From NCBI GenBank assembly GCA_045586505.1, contig JAZNAL010000026.1:11345-75344 (forward strand): 64,000 bases of DNA, read 5' to 3'. Source of the stretch: Candidatus Flemingiibacterium sp. (lineage in GTDB: Bacteria; Bacillota; Clostridia; Oscillospirales; CAG-272). The notes beneath the pieces are model-generated. The model was not told where the DNA came from and did no database searches. It was given only the letters and a program-made list of their open reading frames with translations. Shown here piece by piece: positions 56,008-64,000 of the stretch; within the stretch, counting starts at the first letter, position 1, and the number at the start of each line of letters is the position of its first letter. The translations under genes and the position numbers were made by a program.

Positions 56008-57611
56008 CAGAACAGGAAAAAAACGAGCTTCAGAACGGAAACGCCACAGAAGCGGAGCAGTCCACCATATTCTCCGCCCCCGAGATCCCCGAACCTACGC
56101 TCAATCAAAAAAGACGCGCAAGCGCACTTAAAAAGCAAGGACGCCTGATACTTATCATGACGATCATCGTCGCAGTCGCTATCTGTGCGTACTTCTTTGC
56201 GGTGCTTCCCATCGTCAACTATGTTGAGGAAGTAACCAAGGAGACCGTGGAGCTGCTTGACGGCGAGCTGCTGGGTACCAATGACCGAATCCTCCTATTC
56301 GAGCACTATGATCGCAAGGATATTCAGTCCATTGATATCCATAACGAGTACGGTGAGTACGGATTCTATTACGATGAGACCGAAGAAGCATTCCAAGTGA
56401 AGGACCATCCCGGCGCACCTTACGATAAGGAGCTTTTCTCCTCGCTGGTAGTAAGCACGAGCTACGCGCTCTCCATGGAGCGAATAACGATGGACTGTGA
56501 GGATTTGTCCGAGTACGGACTTGCGGAGGAGCAGAACCCCGCGTGGTTCACACTCACCACCCGCGATGGTAAAACGAACACGGTATACATTGGCGATCTT
56601 ATCCCCAGCGGCGCCGGCTACTACGTCCGCCATGAGGCCAGAAATGCGGTTTATGTCCTTGACAACACTATCGGTAATACAGTGCTCAAGCCCATTGAAA
56701 ACATGATCACCGCAATGCTGACCCTTCCTATGAATGCCAACGACTACTTCACCATCCAGAATTTCGCGGTAATGCAGGGCAAGGATGTAAACGTCATGCT
56801 CACCTACTTTGATGAAACAGCTAAAGAAGCCGCAGCAGCCACTAGCGCATATCAGATGGTCTATCCGTCAGGCTATGCGGTAAATACATCAAACTACACC
56901 GTCGTCCTCGAGCTGCTTTCCGAGTTCTCAGGCGCCTCCACCTTAGCATATGCCCCCACCAAGGAGGAGCTTGACGAATACGGTCTTCTTGAGCCTGCAT
57001 TCAGCATCTACTACGAATATCAGGAAATCGAACAGCATGTATTTTTCAGTGCGAAGAATGAAAACGGCAATTACTACGCTTATTCGCCGCTGTTTGATCT
57101 TGTCACCGAGCTTGACGGTGCCACAATGGCATGGCTTGAATGGGATCTTATCAAATGGGTCGACACCCCTGTCTTTCTGATGAACATCAACGATGTTGCC
57201 ACTGTCACCGTTAAGAGTGATACCGCAACACGCATCTATGATCTTGCAGGCGAGGGGCAGGAGCTTATAGTCACCGAGCGCGAGACCGGCTTCAAGCCTG
57301 AGGTCCATAACTTCCGTAATTTCTACAAATCCCTCCTCTCCATCTATTTGCAGGGCTACGCCACCGATGATATCACCGAAGAGGAAATTACCGCTCTCAA
57401 AGCGGGTGAGGCATATCTGACGCTGACCATCGAGACCCGCGCAGGAAGGATCACCGAATACAAATTCTACCCCTACTCCACCAGACGTGCATATTACACG
57501 GTAGACGGCGAAGGACGGTTCTACATCCTCCGCGACATGGCAACCAAGATAATATCCGACTGCGAGAAGGTCATGACCAACACCGAAGTCGATTCGGATG
57601 CACACAGCTAA
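56004..57611 (+). CDS. Membrane-anchored DUF4340-like protein (fourth gene of the ABC-2/GldG cluster)
   Basis: The start overlaps the upstream stop in an ATGA. It has one N-terminal TM helix (LILIMTIIVAVAICAYFFAVLPIV) followed by a large beta-rich domain. The DUF4340 assignment rests mainly on remembered synteny with GldG. Confidence 0.5.
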   Translation: MTEQEKNELQNGNATEAEQSTIFSAPEIPEPTLNQKRRASALKKQGRLILIMTIIVAVAICAYFFAVLPIVNYVEEVTKETVELLDGELLGTNDRILLFEHYDRKDIQSIDIHNEYGEYGFYYDETEEAFQVKDHPGAPYDKELFSSLVVSTSYALSMERITMDCEDLSEYGLAEEQNPAWFTLTTRDGKTNTVYIGDLIPSGAGYYVRHEARNAVYVLDNTIGNTVLKPIENMITAMLTLPMNANDYFTIQNFAVMQGKDVNVMLTYFDETAKEAAAATSAYQMVYPSGYAVNTSNYTVVLELLSEFSGASTLAYAPTKEELDEYGLLEPAFSIYYEYQEIEQHVFFSAKNENGNYYAYSPLFDLVTELDGATMAWLEWDLIKWVDTPVFLMNINDVATVTVKSDTATRIYDLAGEGQELIVTERETGFKPEVHNFRNFYKSLLSIYLQGYATDDITEEEITALKAGEAYLTLTIETRAGRITEYKFYPYSTRRAYYTVDGEGRFYILRDMATKIISDCEKVMTNTEVDSDAHS

Positions 57612-57612
57612 C

Positions 57613-57643
57613 AAAAAAACGGGCCAAAACAGCCCGTTTTTTC
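57613..57643. terminator. Bidirectional intrinsic terminator (ABC-2 cluster + / aroF -)
   Basis: AAAAAAA-CGGGC-caaaaca-GCCCG-TTTTTT. Confidence 0.85.
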
Positions 57644-57653
57644 TATTCGTTAT

Positions 57654-58673
57654 TTAGCCGAGATTCTTTCCCATAGCGGCGAGAATGCTCTTGATCTTAC
57701 CCATAACTCCGTCAAACTCATCGGGAGTCAAGGACTGCTTGCCGTCGGACAGCGCCTTTGCCGGATTGTTGTGAACCTCTATCATAATACCGTCTGCGCC
57801 TGCAGCAACAGCGGCAAGTGCCAGAGGCTCAACCAGCCAACTGGTACCGCCCGCATGGCTGGGGTCAGCAACTACCGGCAGATGCGACAACTTCTTGAGC
57901 ACGGGGATTGCCGATACGTCGAAGGTGTTGCGGGTAGTTGTCTCGAAGGTGCGGATACCGCGCTCGCAGAGGATAACGTTCTCGTTACCGCCCGCCATGA
58001 TGTACTCAGCGCTCATTAAAAGCTCCTCGATTGTATTCGCAAGACCGCGCTTCAGAAGGATAGGCTTGCGTGTGTGACCAAGTTCCTTTAAAAGCTCGAA
58101 GTTCTGCATATTTCTCGCGCCGACCTGAATGATGTCCACGTTTTCAAACAGCGGAAGATGTGCCGCATCCATGATCTCGGTAACGATGGGCAGACCGGTC
58201 GCCTTCTTGGCTTCAAGAAGCAGCTCGATTCCCTCGGCTTTAAGTCCCTGGAACGCATAAGGAGAGGTGCGCGGCTTGAACGCGCCGCCGCGAAGTATTG
58301 TGGAGCCTGCGGCATCCACACGGCGCGCGATCTCACAGATCTGCTCCTCGCACTCTACAGAGCAAGGACCGCTGATGACCTGAAAATGTCCTCCGCCGAT
58401 CTTGATTCCGTTTCCGATATCCACAATCGTATCATCGGGATGGAACTTACGGTTAGCGTTCTTGTAGGGCTCCTGCACACGCTTGACTTCTTCAACGATA
58501 TCGATTGTACGCAGGTTATCTATGTCGATCTTGGCGGTATCGCCTACAAGACCGATGATCGTGGTATGCAGACCGTCAACCAGATGTGCCTGCAGACCGG
58601 GAGTTTTTTCAAGATCAGCCACAAAGCTCGACACGAGCTCTTTTTTTGTGTTTGGTTTTATAATTATGATCAT
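57654..58673 (-). CDS. aroF: 3-deoxy-7-phosphoheptulonate (DAHP) synthase, type I-beta, with an N-terminal ferredoxin-like regulatory domain
   Basis: A 339-aa protein with a roughly 70-aa N-terminal extension. The catalytic barrel carries GPCSVE, LRGGAFKPRTSPY and ADPSH motifs, as in Thermotoga-type DAHPS. Confidence 0.88.
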   Translation of the reverse strand: MIIIIKPNTKKELVSSFVADLEKTPGLQAHLVDGLHTTIIGLVGDTAKIDIDNLRTIDIVEEVKRVQEPYKNANRKFHPDDTIVDIGNGIKIGGGHFQVISGPCSVECEEQICEIARRVDAAGSTILRGGAFKPRTSPYAFQGLKAEGIELLLEAKKATGLPIVTEIMDAAHLPLFENVDIIQVGARNMQNFELLKELGHTRKPILLKRGLANTIEELLMSAEYIMAGGNENVILCERGIRTFETTTRNTFDVSAIPVLKKLSHLPVVADPSHAGGTSWLVEPLALAAVAAGADGIMIEVHNNPAKALSDGKQSLTPDEFDGVMGKIKSILAAMGKNLG

Positions 58674-58729
58674 TGGTTTATATATTCCTCACTATCATTT
58701 TAGGTAATTAAAATTTTAATACATTATAT

Positions 58730-58758
58730 ATTTTATCACGTTAATACAAAAATTGCAA
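58730..58758 (-). promoter_or_regulatory. Sigma-A promoter of aroF
   Basis: On the minus strand: TTGCAA (58758-58753), a 17-nt spacer, then TAAAAT (58735-58730) with an extended TG. Confidence 0.6.
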
Positions 58759-58828
58759 GAGGAATATAAAAAGTTGACATTCTTCTAACATTTTATGTAA
58801 AAAATATTCTTATTCTTCCGTTTTTTGC

Positions 58829-59023
58829 TTAAAGCTCTTCCGGCGTTACGAGCTCCGGAAGTGTCCTCGGAACCCGCTTCAAAGGGTCATATATAAATTT
58901 GCGGCAGACGTACTCTTTATCAACCACACCGCGATGTGTACAAAGCATATCCTCGGTCGCTTTTATCTCCGTCGCAAAGCGGCAAAATTCGCATATACGT
59001 GGAATATCGAAATCTTTTTTCAT
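58829..59023 (-). CDS. Small (64 aa) Cys-containing protein of unknown function
   Basis: AAAGGA/GGAG is the RBS, and the gene has its own near-consensus promoter. It has four Cys residues (CEFC ... C ... C), which suggests a small metal-binding fold. Confidence 0.55.
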   Translation of the reverse strand: MKKDFDIPRICEFCRFATEIKATEDMLCTHRGVVDKEYVCRKFIYDPLKRVPRTLPELVTPEEL

Positions 59024-59053
59024 GGGCTCCGTCCTTTCACTTGGGATATTACT

Positions 59054-59082
59054 ATTGTACCATGGGCAGTTGAAATTGTCAA
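59054..59082 (-). promoter_or_regulatory. Near-consensus sigma-A promoter of the small Cys-protein gene
   Basis: On the minus strand: TTGACA (59082-59077), a 17-nt spacer, then TACAAT (59059-59054) with an extended TG. Confidence 0.7.
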
Positions 59083-59221
59083 GAAAAAGTTAGAGAAGGC
59101 AGGCTTCTATCCGATCAACGTAGTTATGGTGCTTTCATCAGCAGAAAGCTTGATAAAGCGCAGTTTCAGCGCCCATGGTATCAGATTTTTTAAAAAAAGT
59201 CAACTTTTTTTAAAAAAGGGG

Positions 59222-59250
59222 TTGCAATTCATAAAAAGTTGTGATATACT
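59222..59250 (+). promoter_or_regulatory. Sigma-A promoter of the rimP-nusA-infB operon
   Basis: TTGCAA (59222-59227), a 17-nt spacer, then TATACT (59245-59250) with an extended TG. An A/T-tract, TTTTTTAAAAAAAGTCAACTTTTTTTAAAAAA, lies just upstream and looks like an UP element. Confidence 0.7.
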
Positions 59251-59279
59251 GTTAGTGTAAGTTAGAATTTAATAAAAGG

Positions 59280-59310
59280 AGAGTGGGTCATCGGCCCACT
59301 CTTAATTTAT
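59280..59310 (+). promoter_or_regulatory. Leader hairpin with an interrupted U-tract (candidate attenuator) upstream of rimP
   Basis: AGAGTGGG-tcatcgg-CCCACTCT (an 8-bp stem) is followed by TAATTTAT. It lies between the predicted start site and the rimP GTG. Confidence 0.4.
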
Positions 59311-59346
59311 GCCGCGGAGCATTTCCGCAGTATTGGAGTGTAACAA

Positions 59347-59829
59347 GTGAAACCGAAGAAACCGACAAAAAACATTGTCGGTACCGTAACCGAGGCACTG
59401 AAGCCCGTGATAAACGAGCTCGGCTACTCGGTCTGGGACATTGAATATGTCAAGGAAGGTGCCGACTATTTCCTGCGCTTCACCATCGACCGCGAGGACG
59501 GCATCAACATCGAGGACTGCGAAAAGGTGCACCGCACCATCGATCCTCTGCTTGATGAGCTCGATCCCATCGAGGACGCATATCACCTTGAAGTATCCTC
59601 TCCCGGAGTTGAGCGTGATATCAAGTACGACTGGCACTACGAGGTGCTGATCGGAGAAAAGGTGGAGCTTCGTCTTTTCGCCCCCATCGAAGCTTACCCC
59701 GGCAAAAAGGCATTTGTGGGTATCCTCAAAGCATATGAGGAAGGAATAATCACCCTTGACTTAGACGGTGCCGACTACGTAATCCCGCACACATCGGTCT
59801 CAAAAGCGAGAACCGTGTTTGATTTCTAA
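59347..59829 (+). CDS. rimP: Ribosome maturation factor RimP
   Basis: GTG start with GGAG 9 nt upstream. ...LGYSVWDIEYVKEGADYFLRFTIDREDGINIEDCEKVHRTIDPLLD...LEVSSPGVERD is typical RimP. Confidence 0.9.
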   Translation: MKPKKPTKNIVGTVTEALKPVINELGYSVWDIEYVKEGADYFLRFTIDREDGINIEDCEKVHRTIDPLLDELDPIEDAYHLEVSSPGVERDIKYDWHYEVLIGEKVELRLFAPIEAYPGKKAFVGILKAYEEGIITLDLDGADYVIPHTSVSKARTVFDF

Positions 59830-59860
59830 ATAATATTCAGAAAGGTTTGGTTTTAGAAAA

Positions 59861-60970
59861 ATGAATTCCGAATTGTTTGAAGCGCTTGAACTTCTCGAAA
59901 AAGAGAAGGGCATAGCAGTCGATTATATGCTTGAGCGTGTGGAAGCAGCTCTCATCAGTGCATACAAGCGTGACAGAGGCGGTCTTGCAAACGTGCGCGT
60001 TGAGATCAACAAGAACAAGAAGAGCATCCGTATGTTTGAACAGAAGGCAATCGTTGAGGAAGTGCTTGATCCCGAGCAGGAGATCAGCCTTGAGGAAGCC
60101 ATCAAGGTAAACAAAAAGTACACCCTCGGCGGTGTCTGCGAGACCGAGCTCAAGCCCAAGAATTTCCGCCGTCTTTCGGCGCAGACCGCAAAGCAGGTCA
60201 TCATTCAGGGCATCCGCGAGGCTGAGCGCTCTATGATGATCAAGGAATATGAAAGCAAAAAGGAAGAGATCATCACCGCTATCGTCGACAAGGTGGATCC
60301 CGAGAACGAGGATGTACTGGTCGATACCGGCACAAGCAAGGTATACCTCAAGAAGCAGGATCAGATCCCCGGCGAAAAGTTTAATGTGGGCGACCGCATC
60401 AAGGTATTCATTACCGAGGTTATGAAAGAGACCCTCCGCGGTCCGCTGGTATCCCTCTCCCGTACTGCTCCGGGGCTTGTAAAGCGTCTTTTCGAGCTTG
60501 AGATCCCCGAGATCCAGGACGGTACCGTAGTAATCATGAGCGTCACCCGTGAGGCAGGCTCCCGCACCAAGATGGCAGTCATGAGCCGCGACCCCAACGT
60601 AGATCCCATCGGCTCCTGTATCGGTAATCGCGGAATGCGTATCCAGAATATCGTCAATGAGCTTCGCGGTGAAAAGATCGACATAGTCAAATACAGCGAG
60701 GATCCCGTAGAATATATCAGTGCGGCACTTTCTCCCGCTGTTGTCAAGGACGTTGTCCTGGATTCCGAAAAATCCTGCCGTGTTGTGGTAGACGCAGATC
60801 AGCTCTCCCTCGCAATCGGTAAGGAGGGTCAGAACGCCCGCCTTGCCGCACGTCTTACCGGCTTCAAGATTGATATCAAGACCAAATCGGCGCTTGAAGA
60901 AGAGGAAGCCGCAAAAAAGGCATTTATCGACGCCGCTGACTACGATACCGAAGCAGACGAACAGATCTGA
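59861..60970 (+). CDS. nusA: Transcription termination/antitermination factor NusA
   Basis: The N-terminus reads MNSELFEALELLEKEKGI. It has an S1 domain and two KH domains (CIGNRGMRIQNIVNEL; AIGKEGQNARLAARLTG). Confidence 0.95.
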   Translation: MNSELFEALELLEKEKGIAVDYMLERVEAALISAYKRDRGGLANVRVEINKNKKSIRMFEQKAIVEEVLDPEQEISLEEAIKVNKKYTLGGVCETELKPKNFRRLSAQTAKQVIIQGIREAERSMMIKEYESKKEEIITAIVDKVDPENEDVLVDTGTSKVYLKKQDQIPGEKFNVGDRIKVFITEVMKETLRGPLVSLSRTAPGLVKRLFELEIPEIQDGTVVIMSVTREAGSRTKMAVMSRDPNVDPIGSCIGNRGMRIQNIVNELRGEKIDIVKYSEDPVEYISAALSPAVVKDVVLDSEKSCRVVVDADQLSLAIGKEGQNARLAARLTGFKIDIKTKSALEEEEAAKKAFIDAADYDTEADEQI

Positions 60971-61070
60971 CCATGGAAAAACAGCTCAGAGTAAAACCAA
61001 GATAACGGCTCCGGTGCAATATATCAAAGTGTATCGGAACCTAACATAAAATACGGGAGGAATTCGTATT

Positions 61071-61361
61071 TTGCAGGAAACGACCAAGGTAAGTCCAAAG
61101 AAAAAGATACCCGAGCGCAAATGCCTCGGATGCGGCGAATCAAAGCCCAAAATGACGCTTGCGAGAGTGGTGCGTTGCCCCGACGGTACCGTATCCCTCG
61201 ATCTGACCGGTAAAAAATCCGGCCGCGGCGCGTATGTATGCCGAAATGTTGGCTGCCTCAAAAAATGCAGAAAGCGCAGAGCTATTGAGCGCAGTCTTGA
61301 GGTAGAGATACCCGACGAGGTATACGACGCTATTGAAAAGGAGCTTGCAGACAGTGAATAA
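61071..61361 (+). CDS. ylxR: YlxR/RnpM (DUF448) RNA-binding protein
   Basis: TTG start with GGGAGG 10 nt upstream. RKCLGCGESKPK...GRGAYVC matches the DUF448 signature, and the gene sits in the canonical position after nusA. Confidence 0.85.
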   Translation: MQETTKVSPKKKIPERKCLGCGESKPKMTLARVVRCPDGTVSLDLTGKKSGRGAYVCRNVGCLKKCRKRRAIERSLEVEIPDEVYDAIEKELADSE

Positions 61362-61737
61362 CACCGAAACAAGAAACGGCTCCGAAAAGCATGAGGGCAT
61401 ACACGTCATAAGTACGAGCGGCAAGAAGAAGCTGCTCGGTCTTTTGGGATTTGCCGCCCGTGCACGCAGAATTGTGTGCGGTACAGATTTTTGCCGTGAT
61501 GAGATAAGACGCGGCAGACTGCCCCTTGCACTGGTTGCCTCCGATGCATCGGCAAATACCTTCAAGCGCATCGCCGACGCCTGCAGATATTACGGCACAG
61601 ACCTCTGCCGTATCCCGCTTACAGCCGATGAGCTGTCAGCGCGTATAGGAAAGACCGCGAACATAACGGTCGTCGGTATCACCGACACAAATTTCGTCGC
61701 CGGTATTACCGCGCTGATCGATGACTCCGAACACTGA
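61354..61737 (+). CDS. ylxQ: L7Ae/L30e-family RNA-binding protein (YlxQ type)
   Basis: KLLGLLGFAARARRIVCG...LALVASDASANTFKRI resembles YlxQ. The start is uncertain: GTG 61354 overlaps the ylxR stop (GTGAATAA), whereas the track ATG is at 61333. Confidence 0.75.
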   Translation: MNNTETRNGSEKHEGIHVISTSGKKKLLGLLGFAARARRIVCGTDFCRDEIRRGRLPLALVASDASANTFKRIADACRYYGTDLCRIPLTADELSARIGKTANITVVGITDTNFVAGITALIDDSEH

Positions 61738-61769
61738 TATTACCGTACCGAAAGGATGATTGATACAAT

Positions 61770-64000
61770 ATGGCAGAAACCAAGAAAAATCAGACTAAAA
61801 TAAGCAGTCTCGCAAAGGATCTCGGCCTCAAGAACAAGGATCTTTTGGAGGTACTGTCCGCAAGCGGCATTGACAGCAAGTCACATTCCGCCTCCCTTGA
61901 CCCCGAAGAATTCAATCTCGTGATGAACGCACTCACCGAGCGCGCTCAGATAGACAATATCGGCGATTATCTTGACGGCAAGGCTAAGATAATCGTTGAA
62001 TCCCCCAAGCCCAAAGAACCTAAGAAGGAAGCTCTGACAGCTGAGGAGCCTAAGAAGGAAGCGCCCAAAGCCGAGGAGCCCAAGAAGGAAGCTGCCAACA
62101 TCGAAGAAGCCAAAAAGCCTGCTCCCAAGGCTGAGGAACCTAAGAAAGAATTCCCCAAGCGCGATGATAACCGTCCGCAAGGTACGCAGCCCCGCGATAA
62201 CCGTAGCGGTAACCGTCCCCAGGGTGGATTCCAGCCCCGCGATAACCGCGACGGTAACCGTCCCCAGGGTGGCTTCCAGCCCCGCGATAACCGCGACGGC
62301 AACCGTCCTCAGGGTGGATTCCAGCCCCGCGATAACCGCGACGGCAACCGTCCTCAGGGTGGATTCCAGCCCCGTGATAACCGCGACGGCAACCGTCCTC
62401 AGGGTGGATTCCAGCCCCGTGATAACCGCGGTGGCAACCGTCCCCAGGGTGGCTTCCAGTCTCGCGACAACCGCTCTCAGGGAGGCTTCGGCGGCGGATT
62501 CAAAGATAAGGATTCCGGAGGCGAGCGTCGCAGCAACAAGACCCGCGAGCCGATACACACCTATACCCGCGGTCAGAATGCCGGCAAGAATACCGGTGAG
62601 AGCCGCATAGTCGATATGCGCACCACCACCGTCGATCTCGACAAGTACGACGAGCGCCTTGAAAATCTCGCTACCGAGACCGGCAAGAACGAGCGCGGCG
62701 AAAAGCAGAAGCTCAAGAAGCAGAACAACCGCGACGGACACAGCCAGCGTGAAAAAGAGCGCATGGCTATGGAAAAGCTTCGCAAGCAGGGCATCGAGAA
62801 GGCTAAGAAGCAGCCGCTTCAGATCACCGTTCCCGATGAGATCTCCGTCGGCGAGCTGGCATCCCGCCTCAAAGTCACCGCGGCAGAGGTCATCAAGCGC
62901 CTCATGCTCCTCGGTGTTATGGCAACCGTTAATGAAGTCATCGACTACGACACCGCATACCTTGTTGCCGATGAGCTTGGTGCAAAGGTGACAAAGGAAG
63001 TCGTTATCACTATAGAAGAGCGTCTCTTTGACGAGGCAGAGGATAAGGAAGACGATCTCATTCCCCGCAGTCCCGTTGTCTGCGTAATGGGTCACGTTGA
63101 CCACGGCAAGACCTCCCTGCTTGACGCTATCCGCCATACCAATGTTACATCAGGCGAAGCAGGCGGTATTACCCAGGCAATCGGTGCATATCGCGTACGT
63201 CTCAACGATCGCGACATCACCTTCCTTGACACCCCAGGTCACGAAGCGTTCACCTCCATGCGTGCACGCGGCGCTAAGTCCACCGATATCGCGATCCTCG
63301 TTGTAGCGGCAGACGACGGCATCATGCCCCAGACCGTTGAGGCGATCAACCACGCTAAGGCGGCAGGCATTGATATAGTAGTTGCAATCAACAAGATGGA
63401 TAAGCCCGAGGCAAACCCCGATGTGGTTAAGCAGGAGCTTACCAAATATGAGCTTGTTCCCGAGGAATGGGGCGGCGATGTCATCTGTGTTCCCGTATCG
63501 GCGCTCACCGGTATGGGTATCGATGACCTCTTGGAGAATCTTCTCCTCGTTGCGGACATGAAGGAGCTCAAGGCGAACCCCAACCGTCGCGCAAAGGGTC
63601 TTGTACTTGAGGCAAAGCTCGACAGGGGACGCGGTCCCGTTGCAACCGTGCTCGTTCAGAACGGTACGCTCAATACGGGCGATATCGTGATCGCCGGTAC
63701 CGCCGTAGGTCGTGTCCGCGCAATGACTGACGATAAGGGCAGAACCGTTAAGAATGCAGGACCTTCCGTGCCTGTTGAGATCATCGGTCTCTCCGAGGTT
63801 CCCGAATCCGGTGACGAGTTTGCGGCAGTCGAAGACGAGCGTATGGCTCGTGAGCTTGCCGAGCAGAGACGCGAAAAGGCGAAGAATGAGCAGTTCAAGG
63901 CTAACGCCAAGGTCAACCTTAACGACCTGTTCGCTCAGATCTCCGAGGGCATCAAGGACCTTAATATCATCGTCAAGGCAGACGTGGGCGGCTCCGCTGA
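61770..64000 (+). CDS. infB: Translation initiation factor IF-2 (3' end beyond the window)
   Basis: The ORF runs from ATG 61770 to the window end. It is absent from the ORF track because no stop falls in the window. The G-domain is [17 protein letters not shown] (G1), DTPGHEAF (G3) and NKMDK (G4). The N-terminal region is repetitive. Confidence 0.93.
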   Translation, partial: MAETKKNQTKISSLAKDLGLKNKDLLEVLSASGIDSKSHSASLDPEEFNLVMNALTERAQIDNIGDYLDGKAKIIVESPKPKEPKKEALTAEEPKKEAPKAEEPKKEAANIEEAKKPAPKAEEPKKEFPKRDDNRPQGTQPRDNRSGNRPQGGFQPRDNRDGNRPQGGFQPRDNRDGNRPQGGFQPRDNRDGNRPQGGFQPRDNRDGNRPQGGFQPRDNRGGNRPQGGFQSRDNRSQGGFGGGFKDKDSGGERRSNKTREPIHTYTRGQNAGKNTGESRIVDMRTTTVDLDKYDERLENLATETGKNERGEKQKLKKQNNRDGHSQREKERMAMEKLRKQGIEKAKKQPLQITVPDEISVGELASRLKVTAAEVIKRLMLLGVMATVNEVIDYDTAYLVADELGAKVTKEVVITIEERLFDEAEDKEDDLIPRSPVVCVMGHVDHGKTSLLDAIRHTNVTSGEAGGITQAIGAYRVRLNDRDITFLDTPGHEAFTSMRARGAKSTDIAILVVAADDGIMPQTVEAINHAKAAGIDIVVAINKMDKPEANPDVVKQELTKYELVPEEWGGDVICVPVSALTGMGIDDLLENLLLVADMKELKANPNRRAKGLVLEAKLDRGRGPVATVLVQNGTLNTGDIVIAGTAVGRVRAMTDDKGRTVKNAGPSVPVEIIGLSEVPESGDEFAAVEDERMARELAEQRREKAKNEQFKANAKVNLNDLFAQISEGIKDLNIIVKADVGGSA
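62187..62489 (+). repeat. In-frame 45-bp tandem repeats within infB (six near-identical units plus one degenerate unit)
   Basis: The units start at 62187, 62232, 62277, 62322, 62367 and 62412. Each encodes QPRDNR(D/S/G)GNRPQGGF, and neighbouring units differ by only a few bases. A degenerate unit follows at 62457-62489. Confidence 0.9.

Noticed and set aside
58674-58729. A six-codon upstream ORF (ATGATAGTGAGGAATATATAA) in the aroF leader, considered as a possible leader peptide.
   Set aside because: It has no RBS of its own and no aromatic codons. It simply overlaps the aroF Shine-Dalgarno.
58934-59260. A 108-aa plus-strand ORF in the aroF/rimP intergenic region.
   Set aside because: It lies in an AT-rich region occupied by two well-formed divergent promoters. 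It has no RBS, its sequence is Lys/Phe/Ile-rich and AT-driven, and it overlaps the better-supported minus-strand small ORF.
62187-62489. Regularly spaced 45-bp direct repeats, considered as a possible CRISPR array.
   Set aside because: The repeats are contiguous with no spacers, in frame within infB, and encode a sensible peptide repeat. No cas genes are present.
61881-63137. A 418-aa ORF on the minus strand with striking internal repeats ([12 protein letters not shown]...).
   Set aside because: It is the antisense reading of the infB N-terminal tandem repeats. The plus-strand frame continues into an unmistakable IF-2 G-domain.
1-64000. A window-wide search for mobile elements, a prophage, defence islands or toxin-antitoxin pairs.
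   Set aside because: I recognised none of the following: integrase, transposase, recombinase, Cas, restriction-modification, reverse transcriptase, abortive-infection hallmarks, flanking tRNA, or direct-repeat boundaries. Gene content is housekeeping, and composition looks uniform apart from the AT-rich intergenic promoter regions.

Overview
This looks like a core-chromosome segment of a Gram-positive, Clostridia-type anaerobe. I infer this from SpoVB/YtvI-type sporulation membrane proteins, TTGACA-17-TATAAT promoters with extended TG, GGAGG ribosome-binding sites, and Na+-decarboxylase genes. About 50 tightly packed protein genes are present. I recognised no rRNA, tRNA, CRISPR array, transposase, integrase or defence cassette.

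Gene order, left to right:
- Two tandem S8 cell-envelope peptidases, a YtvI-like permease and a membrane PPIase.
- A heterodimeric ABC exporter pair and a lipoprotein.
- upp plus a uracil permease, and a DUF853/HerA-like ATPase.
- A livJHMGF-type branched-chain amino-acid ABC operon, an unknown membrane protein and a histidine phosphatase.
- gdhA, a SpoVB-like flippase and a second PPIase (lipoprotein).
- A 7.6-kb co-directional array: MBL hydrolase, gltX, glnS, a GH26-like protein, metY and a zinc-ribbon ORF.
- An amidohydrolase / short ORF / kinase-fusion operon.
- A five-gene biotin-dependent Na+-decarboxylase cluster.
- A pepF-lipoprotein pair, a BNR-repeat lipoprotein and an aconitase.
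- rbfA-nrnA-truB-pgeF.
- An ABC-2/GldG/DUF4340 cluster, aroF and a small Cys-rich ORF.
- rimP-nusA-ylxR-ylxQ-infB, with infB truncated by the window end.

The most interesting signals are:
1. A roughly 115-nt intercistronic element occurs twice, at 20430-20543 and 39436-39550, inside two unrelated operons. Both copies share a multi-hairpin fold and an identical GAAAGGAATGG end.
2. The decarboxylase cluster carries two different carboxyltransferases (acyl-CoA type and oxaloacetate/pyruvate type) around a single biotin carrier and a single Na+ pump subunit.
3. The downstream S8 peptidase paralogue has lost the catalytic Ser and the oxyanion Asn.
4. infB contains near-perfect 45-bp tandem repeats.
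5. Perfect or near-perfect palindromes overlap the aconitase and ABC-exporter promoters.

All calls come from reading the sequence and from family knowledge. No database search was run.
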